From assembly GCF_001949145.1 (NCBI RefSeq), contig NW_019091401.1, positions 1,612,001 to 1,674,000 of the forward strand: a DNA stretch of 62,000 nucleotides, read 5' to 3'. This document shows, piece by piece, positions 27,856-38,595 of this stretch. Under the pieces are notes generated by a model. That model made no database searches and was not told the DNA's origin. It saw nothing but the letters and a program-made list of their open reading frames with translations. The position numbers and the translations under genes were made by a program. The stretch comes from Acanthaster planci (Eukaryota). Positions within the stretch are counted from its first letter, which is position 1. The number at the start of each line of letters is the position of its first letter.

Positions 27856-28374
27856 ATGACTGACGCGGAACTTTGTCACTTGCTGAATCTAAAGGAAGTA
27901 CACATAGCGGGATCACAAAAACAAAGTCAACCGATGCCCGCTTGTGATCACCAAATAGTTGAAATAGATGAAAGAAAAGCTTGTAAACATTGCGGCCTAA
28001 TTTTTGGGTTCGCTTCGCTCACTTCTTACACCCCAGCAGACATGGGAGATCGGTACTTTAATCATCACGTTTGGAAGAAACCGCCACCACCAAAATCGAG
28101 AAAAACGTTGCAGAAGTATAATCTGTCTTTTAAAAACGGCGAAGCGGGTGAAATAGAATACAAGTTAAACCAAGTTTTAAACGGTAAGATCTCTCGAGGT
28201 AAACCGTTGAAAGCTTTAATCGCGGTATGTTATCAAGACGTCACTGGGGAAACCGAATCTCAAGTGAAAGATCTATTTGAAGTTTTGGATAAGCACTGGA
28301 AAAACGCCCTCGATAAATTTAACCTCGCCAAACAAGACGTACAGATTGACCAAACAAGAAACGTATATAATAAA
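27856..28374 (+). CDS. TFIIB-like protein (Zn ribbon plus one cyclin-type repeat), in frame with the downstream penton-like ORF
   Basis: CDH-x10-CKHCG zinc ribbon, then VLNGKISRGKPLKALIAVCY, similar to the TFIIB RGR..A..AAC.Y core motif; preceded by TATATAAAAG-ATG. Confidence 0.7.
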
Positions 28375-29395
28375 ATGGAGACTCACACGTTTTACTTGAC
28401 CGAGAGTGAGCAGACGTTTAGATTGAAAAACGAGATCAACAACACCAACGGCGACAAGGTCATCCGAGTAAAGAATATTCAGTTTGAAGCTGGATATTTT
28501 AACGTAACAAACGCCACTGAAATTGAGTGGGATACAAACTTGGACGGTAGGCCCGCAGGAGTACTTGGCGAACGACCGCCCGGTATACCCTCAGTGGAAA
28601 GAACGGACGCATCTCCCAATCCAGAATTAGTACAAACAGCTAAAAACAGATTGATCCAAGCAAATAAAAGAGACAATTTTGCGGAAGAAATCAGAATCAT
28701 CGCTGATGAAATTGAGCAGCTAAACCAAGAAATTGCAACTTTAGAAGATCAGTTAAACCAAAGACAACCATTTGAAACGCGAGCTCATTTAACTTTTGAT
28801 ATCGACGATAAAAAAATCAAATCAGCTTCACTGCTTGAGGGGCAAAGACAAGCTTTAGATGAAATCTACGAAGGGAATCCCCCAACTCGACCTACCACCA
28901 CCACCAACTCCCCCGTAACACCCAGGAGACCCAGAAGAGAATTAACTAAAAGACTGTTTTTGAAGGGGCTAACTGGACCTATATACGACAGACTTCATTC
29001 GCGAAGCTCATCCGAACCATTACCCGAGGGTCAAAGAGGAAGCATCGTGGTATCCCCCGGTTATTACGGCATAGACTGGTTTCACTTTTTGTTAAACTCG
29101 ATACTGGGCGTTTCTTTTAAGGTTCACTCGGAATCTAAAAGGGTGACTTTGGCCATTACGGACCCCGATCTCAAGTTGCGACTAAACAAAGAAGTGTCCA
29201 AGCTATTAAACTTACCCAAAATAAAACTTTTACCCAACGTCATTTACGAAGGCAAGTACAATTTGAACCCATTAAAACTCGCGTTTATTCATTGCAAACA
29301 ATTAAATACATTTTACAATTTTTATAACGGGCAATCTTTAGACGTGCTCTACGTGAGAGCTACGGAGCCTCGCACCTGTAATCACTGTGAAACGC
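28375..29395 (+). CDS. Minor capsid (penton)-like protein with coiled-coil/Pro-rich insert; 3' end in gap
   Basis: Own TATATAATAAA-ATG. Beta-rich N-terminus (FRLKNEI..VIRVKNIQF..GYFNV), then IVVSPGYY...LLN, SKLLNL, AFIHCKQL..FYNGQ.LDVL, a pattern typical of Polinton/PLV minor capsids. Confidence 0.65.
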
Positions 29396-30401
29396 NNNNN
29401 NNNNNNNNNNNNNNNNNNNNNNNNNNNNNNNNNNNNNNNNNNNNNNNNNNNNNNNNNNNNNNNNNNNNNNNNNNNNNNNNNNNNNNNNNNNNNNNNNNNN
29501 NNNNNNNNNNNNNNNNNNNNNNNNNNNNNNNNNNNNNNNNNNNNNNNNNNNNNNNNNNNNNNNNNNNNNNNNNNNNNNNNNNNNNNNNNNNNNNNNNNNN
29601 NNNNNNNNNNNNNNNNNNNNNNNNNNNNNNNNNNNNNNNNNNNNNNNNNNNNNNNNNNNNNNNNNNNNNNNNNNNNNNNNNNNNNNNNNNNNNNNNNNNN
29701 NNNNNNNNNNNNNNNNNNNNNNNNNNNNNNNNNNNNNNNNNNNNNNNNNNNNNNNNNNNNNNNNNNNNNNNNNNNNNNNNNNNNNNNNNNNNNNNNNNNN
29801 NNNNNNNNNNNNNNNNNNNNNNNNNNNNNNNNNNNNNNNNNNNNNNNNNNNNNNNNNNNNNNNNNNNNNNNNNNNNNNNNNNNNNNNNNNNNNNNNNNNN
29901 NNNNNNNNNNNNNNNNNNNNNNNNNNNNNNNNNNNNNNNNNNNNNNNNNNNNNNNNNNNNNNNNNNNNNNNNNNNNNNNNNNNNNNNNNNNNNNNNNNNN
30001 NNNNNNNNNNNNNNNNNNNNNNNNNNNNNNNNNNNNNNNNNNNNNNNNNNNNNNNNNNNNNNNNNNNNNNNNNNNNNNNNNNNNNNNNNNNNNNNNNNNN
30101 NNNNNNNNNNNNNNNNNNNNNNNNNNNNNNNNNNNNNNNNNNNNNNNNNNNNNNNNNNNNNNNNNNNNNNNNNNNNNNNNNNNNNNNNNNNNNNNNNNNN
30201 NNNNNNNNNNNNNNNNNNNNNNNNNNNNNNNNNNNNNNNNNNNNNNNNNNNNNNNNNNNNNNNNNNNNNNNNNNNNNNNNNNNNNNNNNNNNNNNNNNNN
30301 NNNNNNNNNNNNNNNNNNNNNNNNNNNNNNNNNNNNNNNNNNNNNNNNNNNNNNNNNNNNNNNNNNNNNNNNNNNNNNNNNNNNNNNNNNNNNNNNNNNN
30401 T

Positions 30402-30488
30402 TTTACAAAGTCGGTTAAATATCAGGAATCTCCACCTGCTTATCAAAACTTGGTCTGTCCAACGGCACCTCCTTTAAAATTCTTTTAA
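30402..30488 (+). CDS. C-terminus of viral protein bearing PPxY and PTAP motifs (5' part in gap)
   Basis: Frame from 30402: FTKSVKYQESPPAYQNLVCPTAPPLKFF*; stop is 5 bp before the next ATG (30494). This frame is not in the supplied ORF track. Confidence 0.5.
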   Translation, partial: FTKSVKYQESPPAYQNLVCPTAPPLKFF

Positions 30489-30493
30489 AATAA

Positions 30494-31713
30494 ATGGGAG
30501 GCAATTTTAGTAGTCTAAATATTTTAGTCAACGAAGACAATTCCTTTACAGCCAAGTTTCCAAATTTAACGCATGCGTATAAATTACCGAAAGTAACCAC
30601 GGACGAAGCGGTAAATAGGTGGTCTACCGAGGCGATATCGTTTTACCAAAATCAATTTAATTTCGCGGTCTATTGCGCGACGACAGCCTGTGGTGTGGGT
30701 TTTGATCTGCTGTCTGACCGTAATCCGTACGTCTCGGCTTTATTTAGCTTTCACGTGTATTATACCGTACGAAAAATATTTTACGACTGCGTGATGCCCA
30801 TTCCGAGCGACGACGTATTTGATGCGTTACACAATAATTACGACCATCGGAAGTTTACCGACACGTGTCTTTTATACGGAGTAAACCCGAATAAATCGTA
30901 CAAACAAACAAGAGACACTTTGTCGAACGGATTAGGCACCGCTTATTATTACAACAATGGATATATACCTGTTCCGGGTAAAAACTACGACGCGCACGAC
31001 TTACACGTGACCAACGGTAAATACGCGGGATCTACTTACATGGGATTTGGATGGGCTAAACCGCCTAAAGGCTCTGGTCACGCGAGTACCTACATGGTCA
31101 CCTGGATTTCACAGTCGGACGCGGTTACTTTGGCCTGGTGGGATTTCATTCCTAAAAAGTCTCGGTTGACGGACGTGGGAATCACCAAGGTAAACGAATC
31201 AATTCGAGCTTACGTCTACGCATTACTCGGGGCACAGGCGCAGACCAAGACCAGCGTTTTAGCCACCGGCACCGGATTAGACGCGCGACGGCAATTTATT
31301 ACGATCGTGGAGTCTTTAATTAATTCGGACCCCGATCTCGAACAGTCGATCGACCAATTTCAAGATTCGTTACAATACGCAAAAATGCCTTTAAACTTCG
31401 TAGTTGCTCCGGGTTTGTACCTGGTGCCCTCGGACATGGACTTACGCATCGGTACGTTTGAGGGATATAACAATAATTTACAAGTCGTGACCAAGGATAT
31501 GAAGACTGGATACGTACCCAGTTTAAATAGCGAAGCGAGCGGAGCAACGAGCGGAGCGAGTTTAAAAGTTGATTTTAATGAAGAGGAATTACCGAGGTCA
31601 ACTGTAAAGCCAATTATAAAGCCAGTTTTTAGTAAGCCTTTAGACGCTCATTAACCATCGGAGCCGTTGCCGTTGGTGTCATCGGTTTTACGTTATATAA
31701 GGTTTTCACATAA
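30494..31713 (+). CDS. Viral hypothetical protein (386 aa ORF to 31654; probable C-terminal TM helix in a shifted frame to 31713)
   Basis: Long intronless ORF starting MGGNFS (possible N-myristoylation). An alternate frame after ~31650 reads LTIGAVAVGVIGFTLYKVFT*, suggesting a frameshifted membrane anchor. Confidence 0.75.
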
Positions 31714-31734
31714 ACGGTTTGAATTAGGGCAAAA

Positions 31735-31766
31735 AAAAATTCACCTCAAATTTGGGGTGAATTTTT
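31735..31766. terminator. 32 bp palindrome between convergent viral genes (putative 3'-end hairpin)
   Basis: AAAAATTCACCTCAAA/TTTGGGGTGAATTTTT, one mismatch (G-U compatible on + strand RNA), lying between stops at 31713 and 31788. Confidence 0.5.
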
Positions 31767-31787
31767 ATCTTATTTTAAAATCTCTTT

Positions 31788-33009
31788 TTACCCATTCTTT
31801 TGCACGTACGTCAAAAGCAAAACACCCAAGCCTATGAACAAGGTCCACACGTGCTCTGCCACCCATCGGACAGCTTTACTCACCACGTTAAAAATCCAAC
31901 TCAAAATGCTACTGATGATTCCGGGCAAAGCGCCTAAAGCTTTCAACCCGAGTTTCTTCAACACGTTTGCCAGGTTCCACAGTTGACGTTTGATCCAATC
32001 GGTAATTCCACCTTTGGAAGGAGGAGCCGGCGTTGGTGTCGGTTCAGGCGTTACACTAGGAGTCCCAACAGCTCTGACGCTAGCCACGATACTACTAATG
32101 ATGGTACTTACCGCTTAAACTAAAAGCCATTAAAATGCTTACGATCGTGACGCCTTGCTCTCTAAATATCGTTCGAATCTTATCACCCAGGGTGTCATCC
32201 GAATGTAAAGCGTAATTAATTAAATCTTTAACTCGCGATATTTGGCTTTTGAGTTGACCGTTTAATATGTCTCTTTGAGCTTGAAGTCCTTCAAGTTGAC
32301 CATTTAATTCACGTAAATGATCCAAATCTTCAGAAGTCTTGAGACTACTTATTTCTTCCTGAATTTCTGTAATTTTAGCTTCGTTTAATCGTATTTGTCC
32401 TCTAATCATTCGCAATTGTTTGTCTAATCCTAAGAGCTCTCTATAGTTTAATCCTTCTGTTTGAACGTTTGTATCTTGGGTGAGCTCTTCTACGATGTCA
32501 CTGACTTGATCTGATATTTGGGGTAGCTCTTCCATTTGAATGCTCTCGGGTTGAATGGATTTTAACTTTGATTCAGCTTTTTGCACCGATCTTCCATAAT
32601 TTTTAAATCCTAATTTGAATCTAATAAAATCTTGCGCTGACATGGTGTCTTCATCCCTTCCGGTGTATCCAGCAGCTTTGGCGTTTTTGATGATTGTGTT
32701 AAGACCGACAACTACATCTGGGTTTCTTTTGTCAGTTAATAGCACATCACCGTATTGCCCTTCACGTTTTTAAAATAAACCTTTGCCTTTGCGGTAATCA
32801 AACCTTTCATAGTGAAGTACTGATGGTACATCTTTTCTTCCGGCGAGTTTAAAATATCGGTAAAAGTCTTCTACAATTGGATTAGTTATTAATGCCGCTC
32901 TCCCTTGTTCTGAGGGTAATTTTATGTGCGTTGGCGTCAATTTTGGACCGATCACCATCTTACCCACTTTTGTTTCGGTTACTGAAGTGTTGGTATCGTC
33001 CCATATAGG
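31788..33009 (-). pseudogene. Viral coiled-coil plus membrane protein, disrupted (5' part in gap)
   Basis: Track ORFs 32770-32967 and 32095-32745 share a frame separated by one TAA (32770-32772). Removing one A near 32116 joins it to 31788-32087 (FSLAVSTIISSIVA). Coiled coil RELLGLDKQL...SQISRV, then hydrophobic/amphipathic helices. Confidence 0.8.
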
Positions 33010-33905
33010 NNNNNNNNNNNNNNNNNNNNNNNNNNNNNNNNNNNNNNNNNNNNNNNNNNNNNNNNNNNNNNNNNNNNNNNNNNNNNNNNNNNNNNNNNNN
33101 NNNNNNNNNNNNNNNNNNNNNNNNNNNNNNNNNNNNNNNNNNNNNNNNNNNNNNNNNNNNNNNNNNNNNNNNNNNNNNNNNNNNNNNNNNNNNNNNNNNN
33201 NNNNNNNNNNNNNNNNNNNNNNNNNNNNNNNNNNNNNNNNNNNNNNNNNNNNNNNNNNNNNNNNNNNNNNNNNNNNNNNNNNNNNNNNNNNNNNNNNNNN
33301 NNNNNNNNNNNNNNNNNNNNNNNNNNNNNNNNNNNNNNNNNNNNNNNNNNNNNNNNNNNNNNNNNNNNNNNNNNNNNNNNNNNNNNNNNNNNNNNNNNNN
33401 NNNNNNNNNNNNNNNNNNNNNNNNNNNNNNNNNNNNNNNNNNNNNNNNNNNNNNNNNNNNNNNNNNNNNNNNNNNNNNNNNNNNNNNNNNNNNNNNNNNN
33501 NNNNNNNNNNNNNNNNNNNNNNNNNNNNNNNNNNNNNNNNNNNNNNNNNNNNNNNNNNNNNNNNNNNNNNNNNNNNNNNNNNNNNNNNNNNNNNNNNNNN
33601 NNNNNNNNNNNNNNNNNNNNNNNNNNNNNNNNNNNNNNNNNNNNNNNNNNNNNNNNNNNNNNNNNNNNNNNNNNNNNNNNNNNNNNNNNNNNNNNNNNNN
33701 NNNNNNNNNNNNNNNNNNNNNNNNNNNNNNNNNNNNNNNNNNNNNNNNNNNNNNNNNNNNNNNNNNNNNNNNNNNNNNNNNNNNNNNNNNNNNNNNNNNN
33801 NNNNNNNNNNNNNNNNNNNNNNNNNNNNNNNNNNNNNNNNNNNNNNNNNNNNNNNNNNNNNNNNNNNNNNNNNNNNNNNNNNNNNNNNNNNNNNNNNNNN
33901 NNNNN

Positions 33906-34230
33906 AAGTCTTTAGTCAGCGCTTCTTCGGACGTTAGGTTGACGTTAAAGCCTAAAAATTCAACCGGGGTAGCTACACCGAGCAAGCGAGAGTAGAGGCT
34001 CAAATAGCGTTACCTAGAGTTTTAACGATCTCTTTGCCAAACTTAACTTCGTAGAGGTTAAAAAGCTTTTCTTGATCTTTGGATGACATGGTTTCAATTT
34101 CTTTGATCGAGTATTCTTTGCCGAGATATTTTTTACTCTCACCTGACACGGCTATCGCGCAAAGTCTATCTTTTACGTTTGAGGTTGATTCTGTTTTTGA
34201 ATCGGTGAGAATGCTTTTGATGTCGTCCAT
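33906..34230 (-). pseudogene. Viral hypothetical protein with apparent 1-nt frameshift at ~34003; 3' end in gap
   Basis: MDDIK...KTLGNAI* continues as LSLYSRLLGVATPVEFLG in the adjacent frame; preceded by TATATTTAA-ATG. Confidence 0.6.
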
Positions 34231-34358
34231 TTAAATATATACGTTTTAAATTTGTTGACCGTTTGTTTAAAGCACAGGTACTCGATCGTATAGTAAGTCA
34301 AGTTGGCTGCGATAACTAACTGGGCAACTAGCAGAACGTATTCTAGCAGGACTATCAT
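34173..34358 (-). CDS. Small putative membrane protein
   Basis: MIVLLEYVLLVAQLVIAANLTYYTI hydrophobic N-terminus; TATAATTAA-ATG upstream; overlaps the next ORF start. Confidence 0.45.
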   Translation of the reverse strand: MIVLLEYVLLVAQLVIAANLTYYTIEYLCFKQTVNKFKTYIFKWTTSKAFSPIQKQNQPQT

Positions 34359-34533
34359 TTAATTATAACTAAAAATAAAATTAGTTATAACCAGGCTGAG
34401 TTAGCCCAGTTATAACAAAGTGTAAGTAATTTTCAACTCGATTGTAACAAAGTGGAAGTAATTGGAGCAAATTAACAATTAACTTCCCAAGAAATAAGCA
34501 AATCGGCAATTAACTTTTCAGCAAATAAGCAAA

Positions 34534-35145
34534 TTAACTTTCCAACAAAGAGGTTTTAACTTTCTTAGCTCTTTTAAGCGTTTCCCACTCAATGTGCTCT
34601 TCTACATTTTTACACAGCAAACAACAACACGCGACATTTTCCTTGACGTACCCCTTGCGTAAGTCCAATCGGCGCAAAACACAAAACCCGTCGCTATCTT
34701 TGTTCAAAAATTGGAGCTTGCTATCGCAGTAAGGGCACTTTTTGTTTTCCCGAATCAAGCTGCGGCAAAAGTCTTGATCGATAAATCGTTTTTTGTCAAA
34801 GCTGCCAAAAATTATATCTTCCGCCAAACAACTCATTCTAGTGTAGTTTGACCATTTTTTAGCCCAGCCAAACGACTTGTTACAAAATACGCAAAAGCAA
34901 TTCCCCTTTTCCTTTTTACAATCTCGCGACGCCAAAATCATCAAATCGAAGAGCTCATTCTGGCACAATTGGCACTTTGCTCTTCTTTCCCCGTGTTTGC
35001 ACTATTCACTTTCTTGCCGATTTCTCACCTTTGTAATACATTCGTCGCAAGTCGAGTTTATTTTACCCGTTTTTTTAGTTCTAAAATGTTCCGAGTCAAA
35101 AAGATGTCTGCACTTGGCGCAACGTTTCTGATTATTTTCAATCAT
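34534..35145 (-). pseudogene. Cys-rich Zn-finger/HNH-like endonuclease with in-frame TAG at 35002-35004
   Basis: From ATG 35145: CAKC...CDEC...*CKHGERRAKCQLC...CPYC...LRRLDLRKGYVKENVACCCLLC, resembling the viral HNH pattern CxYC...DRID..KGY..DNV..CC..CN with altered catalytic positions. Confidence 0.65.
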
Positions 35146-35719
35146 ATTTAGCTTATTAACGGTGTTCATATTTTTTCTCATTTTTTCTTAATGGTGTTCA
35201 TATTCAATAGAAGAGATAAACATAATCACCGCGGNNNNNNNNNNNNNNNNNNNNNNNNNNNNNNNNNNNNNNNNNNNNNNNNNNNNNNNNNNNNNNNNNN
35301 NNNNNNNNNNNNNNNNNNNNNNNNNNNNNNNNNNNNNNNNNNNNNNNNNNNNNNNNNNNNNNNNNNNNNNNNNNNNNNNNNNNNNNNNNNNNNNNNNNNN
35401 NNNNNNNNNNNNNNNNNNNNNNNNNNNNNNNNNNNNNNNNNNNNNNNNNNNNNNNNNNNNNNNNNNNNNNNNNNNNNNNNNNNNNNNNNNNNNNNNNNNN
35501 NNNNNNNNNNNNNNNNNNNNNNNNNNNNNNNNNNNNNNNNNNNNNNNNNNNNNNNNNNNNNNNNNNNNNNNNNNNNNNNNNNNNNNNNNNNTACTGCACG
35601 CTGTCCCAATCGGGGTGGTGACCAGCTCCCCAGGTGTACAGTGCAATACACTGTATTTGGTGTTCATATTTTTTCTCATTTTTTCTTAATATAAAGCAAG
35701 ATAATATTTTTTTCTTTTT

Positions 35720-36349
35720 TTACCCCACAAGGTAATTTGCAGGTGGTTCGGTATTTAAAACGAGTTTACTAAATTTCACGTCGCGTAAATACCTTTTGAT
35801 CTCTTCTCGTTTTTCGTCCGGTACTACATCGTTTTCGTCGAGACATTGATCAAAGGACGATCGATCTTTACAGTAGAATATCGCAGTCCAAGCGGTGTTC
35901 TCGCGGAAATCTTTTAAAACCGAGTTGTACTTTTGGGTAAGTAGCCAACAGCTGTGGAGGTAATGTCGACCGCTAAAAGCCATTTTACTAAGGGTGCAAA
36001 CAGAACCACTTTTAGACTTCTCTCGATATTTAATAAACTGATCGGCAGCACAATCGTCGATGATAACCAAAGTGTAAACCCCGTCAAAAATTTTTTGATA
36101 AAGTTCAATCGCCTCATTTAACTCCAACCTTTCCCGATCCAGGTCACAAAGATAAACGTTCTCGTCGGTGTATATCCACAGTCGGTCCAAGTACGTTTTG
36201 TTTTTAAAAAGCGTCGGGCAGATGATGACAATGGCTTCAAACGCGAATTTATATTCATTTTCTGAAAGATTTAAAATCCACTGAGTTTTACCTGACCCAG
36301 TTTTGCCCACGATCAAAGCGCAATGCGGATTCTTGTACATCTGACTCAT
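35720..36349 (-). CDS. A32/FtsK-HerA-like DNA packaging ATPase
   Basis: Walker A GKTGSGKT, Walker B LVIIDD, GRH motif and LLTQ sensor; intact 209 aa ORF directly downstream of the MCP. Confidence 0.92.
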   Translation of the reverse strand: MSQMYKNPHCALIVGKTGSGKTQWILNLSENEYKFAFEAIVIICPTLFKNKTYLDRLWIYTDENVYLCDLDRERLELNEAIELYQKIFDGVYTLVIIDDCAADQFIKYREKSKSGSVCTLSKMAFSGRHYLHSCWLLTQKYNSVLKDFRENTAWTAIFYCKDRSSFDQCLDENDVVPDEKREEIKRYLRDVKFSKLVLNTEPPANYLVG

Positions 36350-36350
36350 T

Positions 36351-38517
36351 TTAATAAACTAAAGTCTTAAAATTCCCATCTTTCACTGTCAGTTGCGCGT
36401 CCATCACCAGGAACACGTACATCGTCAGCGGCCTTGCGGTTTCGGCTTGACGTTCCATTTGAATTGCGATATCTCCGCCGCCGCCTAGGGGTCTACCCGA
36501 TCCGTGGGCCGAATTGTCGTCGGAACTTCTAAAATCGAGCCAGAGACCGTATTTGTCTTTTAGATAGCCGGCTAGGTCTACTCCTGTTAAGTTTAAATCT
36601 TTGACGGTCCCTCTAGCCAATTCTTTATCCGAGTCTCCGAAATACTTAGTGATTTCGTTCCAATGTTGATATTCAAACAGGCCCTGCGAGTACAGTTGAT
36701 TTGGTTTCCCTTCGACCGTCACGACCGTCTTTGTGATGTGTGGATTGTAAAATTTTTGCGGGTTCTTGATCGTCGGGTCTCTAAACAAAATCAACACCCC
36801 TTTTAGACTTTTAATACTCTGGTCGATGCTAATGTTCCATAGCGTGTCACTCTTGTTTACGGCCTGTTTTTTCCACGAGTGAATCCGGTCAAATAGGTNN
36901 NNNNNNNNNNNNNNNNNNNNNNNNNNNNNNNNNNNNNNNNNNNNNNNNNNNNNNNNNNNNNNNNNNNNNNNNNNNNNNNNNNNNNNNNNNNNNNNNNNNN
37001 NNNNNNNNNNNNNNNNNNNNNNNNNNNNNNNNNNNNNNNNNNNNNNNNNNNNNNNNNNNNNNNNNNNNNNNNNNNNNNNNNNNNNNNNNNNNNNNNNNNN
37101 NNNNNNNNNNNNNNNNNNNNNNNNNNNNNNNNNNNNNNNNNNNNNNNNNNNNNNNNNNNNNNNNNNNNNNNNNNNNNNNNNNNNNNNNNNNNNNNNNNNN
37201 NNNNNNNNNNNNNNNNNNNNNNNNNNNNNNNNNNNNNNNNNNNNNNNNNNNNNNNNNNNNNNNNNNNNNNNNNNNNNNNNNNNNNNNNNNNNNNNNNNNN
37301 NNNNNNNNNNNNNNNNNNNNNNNNNNNNNNNNNNNNNNNNNNNNNNNNNNNNNNNNNNNNNNNNNNNNNNNNNNNNNNNNNNNNNNNNNNNNNNNNNNNN
37401 NNNNNNNNNNNNNNNNNNNNNNNNNNNNNNNNNNNNNNNNNNNNNNNNNNNNNNNNNNNNNNNNNNNNNNNNNNNNNNNNNNNTTCCCAATATTATGTGT
37501 GCTATGTATAAGCAGTACGCACTCATGCCATTGCAGAACGTCTATTTCGTGTACACCATTGCATTTGATGTCATTGTTGTTTAATTATTGTCCATGAATC
37601 AACTAAAGCACTTATGTACTTAATTAGGGTTCATGCCTTTTGTATTAATTTATAGGGTTTTCTTTCCATTGACGAATAAATTGGAGGTGATTATTTGATG
37701 ACCTGTGTTACAAGCTGATCCAATCCATCCCTTACCGGGAGACCAGTCTGACCCCTCCGGATCGTCAGGGTCCGCCCCCAGCGGGCGCGCAAGCGCTGCC
37801 GCTGCAGTAATACATCGTTTTTTTATTTTTTAGTGTTTGCGCCAGATCTCGATTGGTAACTACCTCGTATTCCAAGGTCAGGTCTGAATTTTGATATTCT
37901 GCGGCGGTATCTGACGAGTTGACCACTTTGTCGTGTCCGTTAAAAGTCAGTTGATACGTCAGAGGCTCTTTAAACCACGAAGGATAAATCGGAGCGTGAT
38001 CCGTCAACATAGGCGTGTCCAGTGGAACCACGTATCTGTTTTTAAAAGCGTCGGCAATCGCTTTGTCTTTACCGTCGTTCGCAGCGGCATTAGCATCGCC
38101 AGCCCCTAGACGTATCTTGGCGACGTTTTCCCTTTCCAAACCATAATACGCCATGTTTTTAGTCTGCGACAGGGGTAGCCAGTTGTCCTTAAAATTGTGC
38201 AATACGTCCGCATCCCGGTAACTTACGATGTCCGTGCCTTGAAGACGCACTTCAATTTCTGAAATCAAGTTTCGAGCCACGTTGTTATACACGGTCCGGT
38301 TATCGTCCGATGCTCCGTCTAGATCGAGTTTAAAAGCGAGTTTGGCGGTGCCGGGTACCATGACTTCGTCTATGCCTAGAGCTGGAAGTTTTACGTTTAA
38401 CGTGTGACCCGCGGCTATGGTGCTCGGGTTGTGCGTAATGGTTACCTCCCTCCTTTCGCCTTTGATCGCGCGAGGAACTTTAAGCCTGCGACTCGGGTTT
38501 AGCTTTTTGGTGTACAT
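36351..38517 (-). pseudogene. Major capsid protein (double jelly-roll type), split by an insertion
   Basis: N-half MYTKKLNP...THNPSTI...LTLEYEVV...KTMYY (38517-37807) and C-half (Y)LFDRIH...GLWLDF...MYVFLVMDAQL...LVY* (36898-36351) rejoin in frame to ~420 aa. Beta-rich, adjacent to the ATPase. Confidence 0.8.
36899..37806 (+). mobile_element. Probable solo LTR inserted in the MCP gene (partly gap)
   Basis: Ends ...GCTGCA followed by GTAAT. Left flank shows GT then N, consistent with a TSD. AATAAA at 37675. Non-coding, ~0.9 kb. Confidence 0.55.
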
Positions 38518-38595
38518 TACTTTTATATAATACTATTCTTATTTACGGTTCTTATTTTATTTTATTTTAAAAATTAAATAAAACGGTTTAGCTTT

